Below are positions 61,005-64,000 of a stretch of 64,000 nucleotides of DNA, one piece after another; position 1 is the stretch's first letter; every line of letters starts with the position of its first letter. The notes below the pieces were generated by a model that saw only the letters and a list, made by a program, of their open reading frames with translations, searched no databases and was not told the origin of the DNA. Source of the stretch: Sminthopsis crassicaudata (Eukaryota). The position numbers and the translations under genes were made by a program. The DNA lies in NCBI RefSeq assembly GCF_048593235.1, contig NC_133618.1, positions 178,029,162 through 178,093,161 on the forward strand. The letters run 5' to 3'.

Positions 61005-61432
61005 TGTGTGACTCAGAAATGGTGAGGGGTCACTATTTAATAATAAAAAAAAAATCTGGAGAGATCTCTAGAAGCAAAGCAAAGTTTATTATATGTTCTC
61101 AAGAGATTGGGTGTCCCACTTGGAGAGCAGGCAATGGAAGGGAGGAGGCACCTTCTGGGGGCAGCATAAACACTTTAATCCCTAACACAAAGACTCATTC
61201 TCATTGGCTGAGGGTGTCATTTTAAACACCAGAATTATCTAAGAAACTGAACTCGATCAACAAGTATACAGTTGCCCATATTTGATTGAAATAGGGAGTA
61301 TAGCAGGAAAGGGACTTAAGTATGCCCTTGAATCAATGCTCAAAGACCTTCAGGCCTACTCCAACTCTGAAGTAGATGAAGCCTTACTCAATTTTCACAA
61401 ATCTCTTGAGAGATCTCACCTCATCTCCTTCA
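61005..61432 (-). mobile_element. 3' LTR of a class I ERV
   Basis: On the minus strand, PPT AAGAGGGGGG (61435-61444) then AC, then TGAAGGAG. CCAAT at 61203-61207, LTR AATAAA at 61085-61090, U5 ending ...gagtcacaCA at about 61005. The left boundary is inferred. Confidence 0.75.
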
Positions 61433-64000
61433 GTCCCCCCTCTTATTTGTATACTGAGATCTCTTCAAATTTTTGTAACATAACTTCACATTCCCTATCT
61501 AATTCCTTATCCCCTTCTGGCTCCTGTCTCTCTTCCTTGGGCTCTGGCTCCCACCCTTTTAGCACCATCAATCTAACAGACCCTTCAGCTTTCCCTTCCA
61601 ATCCAATCATTCTGGATAATGAGATTTGGACTATTCTAGTTATCAATCAGATCTAGTGCCTTAGCTGTCTGATTGATGATAATCTCTACAACTGCTTGAA
61701 GNNNNNNNNNNNNNNNNNNNNNNNNNNNNNNNNNNNNNNNNNNNNNNNNNNNNNNNNNNNNNNNNNNNNNNNNNNNNNNNNNNNNNNNNNNNNNNNNNNN
61801 NNNNNNNNNNNNNNNNNNNNNNNNNNNNNNNNNNNNNNNNNNNNNNNNNNNNNNNNNNNNNNNNNNNNNNNNNNNNNNNNNNNNNNNNNNNNNCCCCAAC
61901 TTCCATCTTGAGCCCAGGTGGTTGGCACATGCTCTGTTCAGGAAGAAAGAAAAAAAATTGGCCTTATTAATGCAATATAACAGATCCCTGTCCAATAAAG
62001 AGGTAGGTGAGTATACTGTGAGGTCAAAATGAAATTCTTAGGGGGAAATATATCAGCTCCCAAACAGGTGAAGAGGTAATAAGAAGAGTGTTCCTATTCA
62101 GTGGAGGCCCCATCCTCAAAATGTAATTTTAGGTCTCCCTATCTTCAACTGTCCACTCTGATAAAGGTGGTACCACAGGTCCTTTTGTTCTGGTGTGATG
62201 TGTCCAGCCTCGTTCCTGGGTCCGAATTGCAGTGTCTAAGGTCAGTATCACCTGGTAAAGTCCGTCCCAGCATGGAGTCAACTTCTCATCCTTCCAGAAT
62301 CGGATCAACACTCAATCTTTAACCTGACTTCTATGAACAGGGAAACCTAGCGGAGGAGTCTGAGCTATTAACCCTTTTGTTGTAGTTCTTAAAATATTGT
62401 ACCAATGATTTAACATATCTCTTAGGAAATACATCTTTTGTCCCTAAAATAGGGTCCCAGTTTCCCATATGATAAACCTGGAAAGTATGACTATACAATA
62501 ATTCACAAGGTGAAAGCCCAATATCTCTACCTAGTTTGGTTCTGATTCTGACCAGAGTGAGAGGAGGCATTTAGTCCAAGGTAGTTGGGTCTCTAAAGAT
62601 AACTTAAGTCAGCTGCTGTTTTATTTCTTGATTCATCCTTTCTACTTTCCCAGAAGGAGGAGGATACCAAGGGGTGTGGAGATCACAAGTGATTTCTAAG
62701 ATCCTAATCAGATTCTGCAATATTTGGGCAAAAAACTGTGTTCCGTGATCAAAGTCTATCCTTTCTACTATTCCATATCTGGGAACAATTTGTTCTAATA
62801 AGACTTTACTTACTGTCAAGGCAGTTGCCCGGGCTGAGGGAAATGCCTCCATCTATAAGGTCAAATGGTTCACTATGGCCAGCAAGTATTTGAAGCGACT
62901 CACTGGTGGCATCTCAGTGAAGTCCACCTGGATGCTTTGGAAAGGTCTGATTCCTGGAGGTCATCCCCATTTTGGGACCTGGCATTAAGCAGCCTTGTTA
63001 ATCCTTCGACAAATGAGACAGCCATCCACCAGTTGTCAGGCCATATAATATAGGCCAGGGGAAACATGCCTTGTCAGTACAGCATGACACAGGTTTTGGA
63101 CATCCCAGTGACTGCCCTGGTGCAGTTGCTGAAAGACCAGTCTCATATTTGCTTTGGTCAGTACTTCTCTGCTGTCAGGTAAGAGCCATCATCCCTTCCA
63201 AGTTCTCAACTGCTCCGAGAGTTGAGGCCTTTTCTTTTTCCTTCTGGGTAAAACTGGGAGAGGGCAGACTAGGGGATAGTACAGGTATCAAGGCCATTAT
63301 AGGAGCCAGCTCCTGGTCTCCGGCTCCCTTGACTTCCTCATTTGCTAATCAGTTTTTCCTTGCCTCAAAAAAATTTCCCATCTGATGTCCCTTTACTGCT
63401 ATATAGCTAGGAGCCAGAATGTTTTCCAGTACCTCTCTGACTAATGTATGATGGACTAGTTCTTTACCCTTACTATTTACAAACTCTATTTCTTTCCAAA
63501 TCCTTCTAAATACATGCACCACACCCCAGGCATATTTAGAATCAGTGTATATAGTCCCTTCTTGGTCCCTTAATAATTTCAACCCTTGATTTAAGGCATA
63601 TAATTCACAAGTTTGAGCTGACCAATGGGCAGGTAGACTGCCCTTAGTAACATTGGAAGTTTTATCTCCATCCACAATAGCAAACCCATTTTTCCTTTTC
63701 CCATCTACCATTCTAGAAGAGCCATCTATAAACCAATTTAATCCCCATTGGCCATTTTGGTACTTTTGTTTGAAAATCAGTTAACTTTAAACAACAATGT
63801 GCAATTTGAAGGTATCTTCTACTCCTGTGTTATCAGAGTCAAACCCAGAGTACTTCCTCATGCTAGCTTTAGTCTACTCAGATATTTGGCTGGTGACTCA
63901 TCCTTCCCCTGAGTCACCCCAAAGGCCTTTTTCATGTTCTGTGCCTTTGGCACTGCATTTTGAATTCTCGTAATTGTCAGTTTTGGTTTCTGGAAGAGGA
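61433..64000 (-). mobile_element. Class I ERV internal region (HERV-I/ERV3-like): gag CA remnant, RNase H, integrase, env TM remnant; degenerate and deleted
   Basis: gag MHR-like VPKAQNMKKAFGVTQGKDESPAKYLSRL (about 63800-64000). RNase H WFIDGSS...WSAQTCELYALNQGL...GTIYTDSKYAWGVVH. Integrase VPRYGIVERIDFDHGTQF...GKVERMNQEIK and WDGLYQVILT. Env PTTWAQDGSW...LQAVVEII.NQTAKALDLI. Continues past the window end. Confidence 0.92.
61702..61893. other. Assembly gap (192 N)
   Basis: Run of N inside the ERV env remnant. Confidence 1.

Noticed and set aside
1-64000. CRISPR arrays, rRNA or true tRNA genes, prokaryotic systems
   Set aside because: None seen. The tRNA-like heads belong to SINEs and the tRNA-Glu match is a retroviral primer-binding site.

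Overview
AT-rich, repeat-dense marsupial genomic DNA, most likely a dasyurid such as Tasmanian devil (inferred from WSINE1, MAR1, RTE and marsupial L1 repeats). It has two N gaps. The window is part of a beta-defensin cluster that appears orthologous to the human 8p23.1 cluster. The ORF track misses these genes because the exons are small, so I assembled them by hand from GT/AG phase-1 junctions. Four intact genes are present. Two are paralogous DEFB108-like genes on the minus strand (gene A: exons 12930-12987 and 4723-4853; gene C: exons 29548-29605 and 25865-26022). The third is a three-exon DEFB105 orthologue (minus; 43213-43273, 42493-42534, 39192-39316), arranged head-to-head with a DEFB106 orthologue (plus; 59554-59611, 60841-60977). 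There is also an intact-looking orphan signal-peptide exon (B, 16629-16686, plus), a dead exon 1 (D, 30942-30990, minus) and a probable decayed exon 2 (from 36842, plus). The rest is L1, L2, L3/CR1, RTE, SINEs and several ERV/LTR elements. These include a nested ERV/LTR/L1 stack between DEFB105 and DEFB106, and a class I ERV whose 3' LTR appears to start only 27 nt after the DEFB106 stop codon, so that it would supply that gene's nearest AATAAA. Orthology calls rest on my recall of the human peptides and need BLAST or phylogenetic confirmation.
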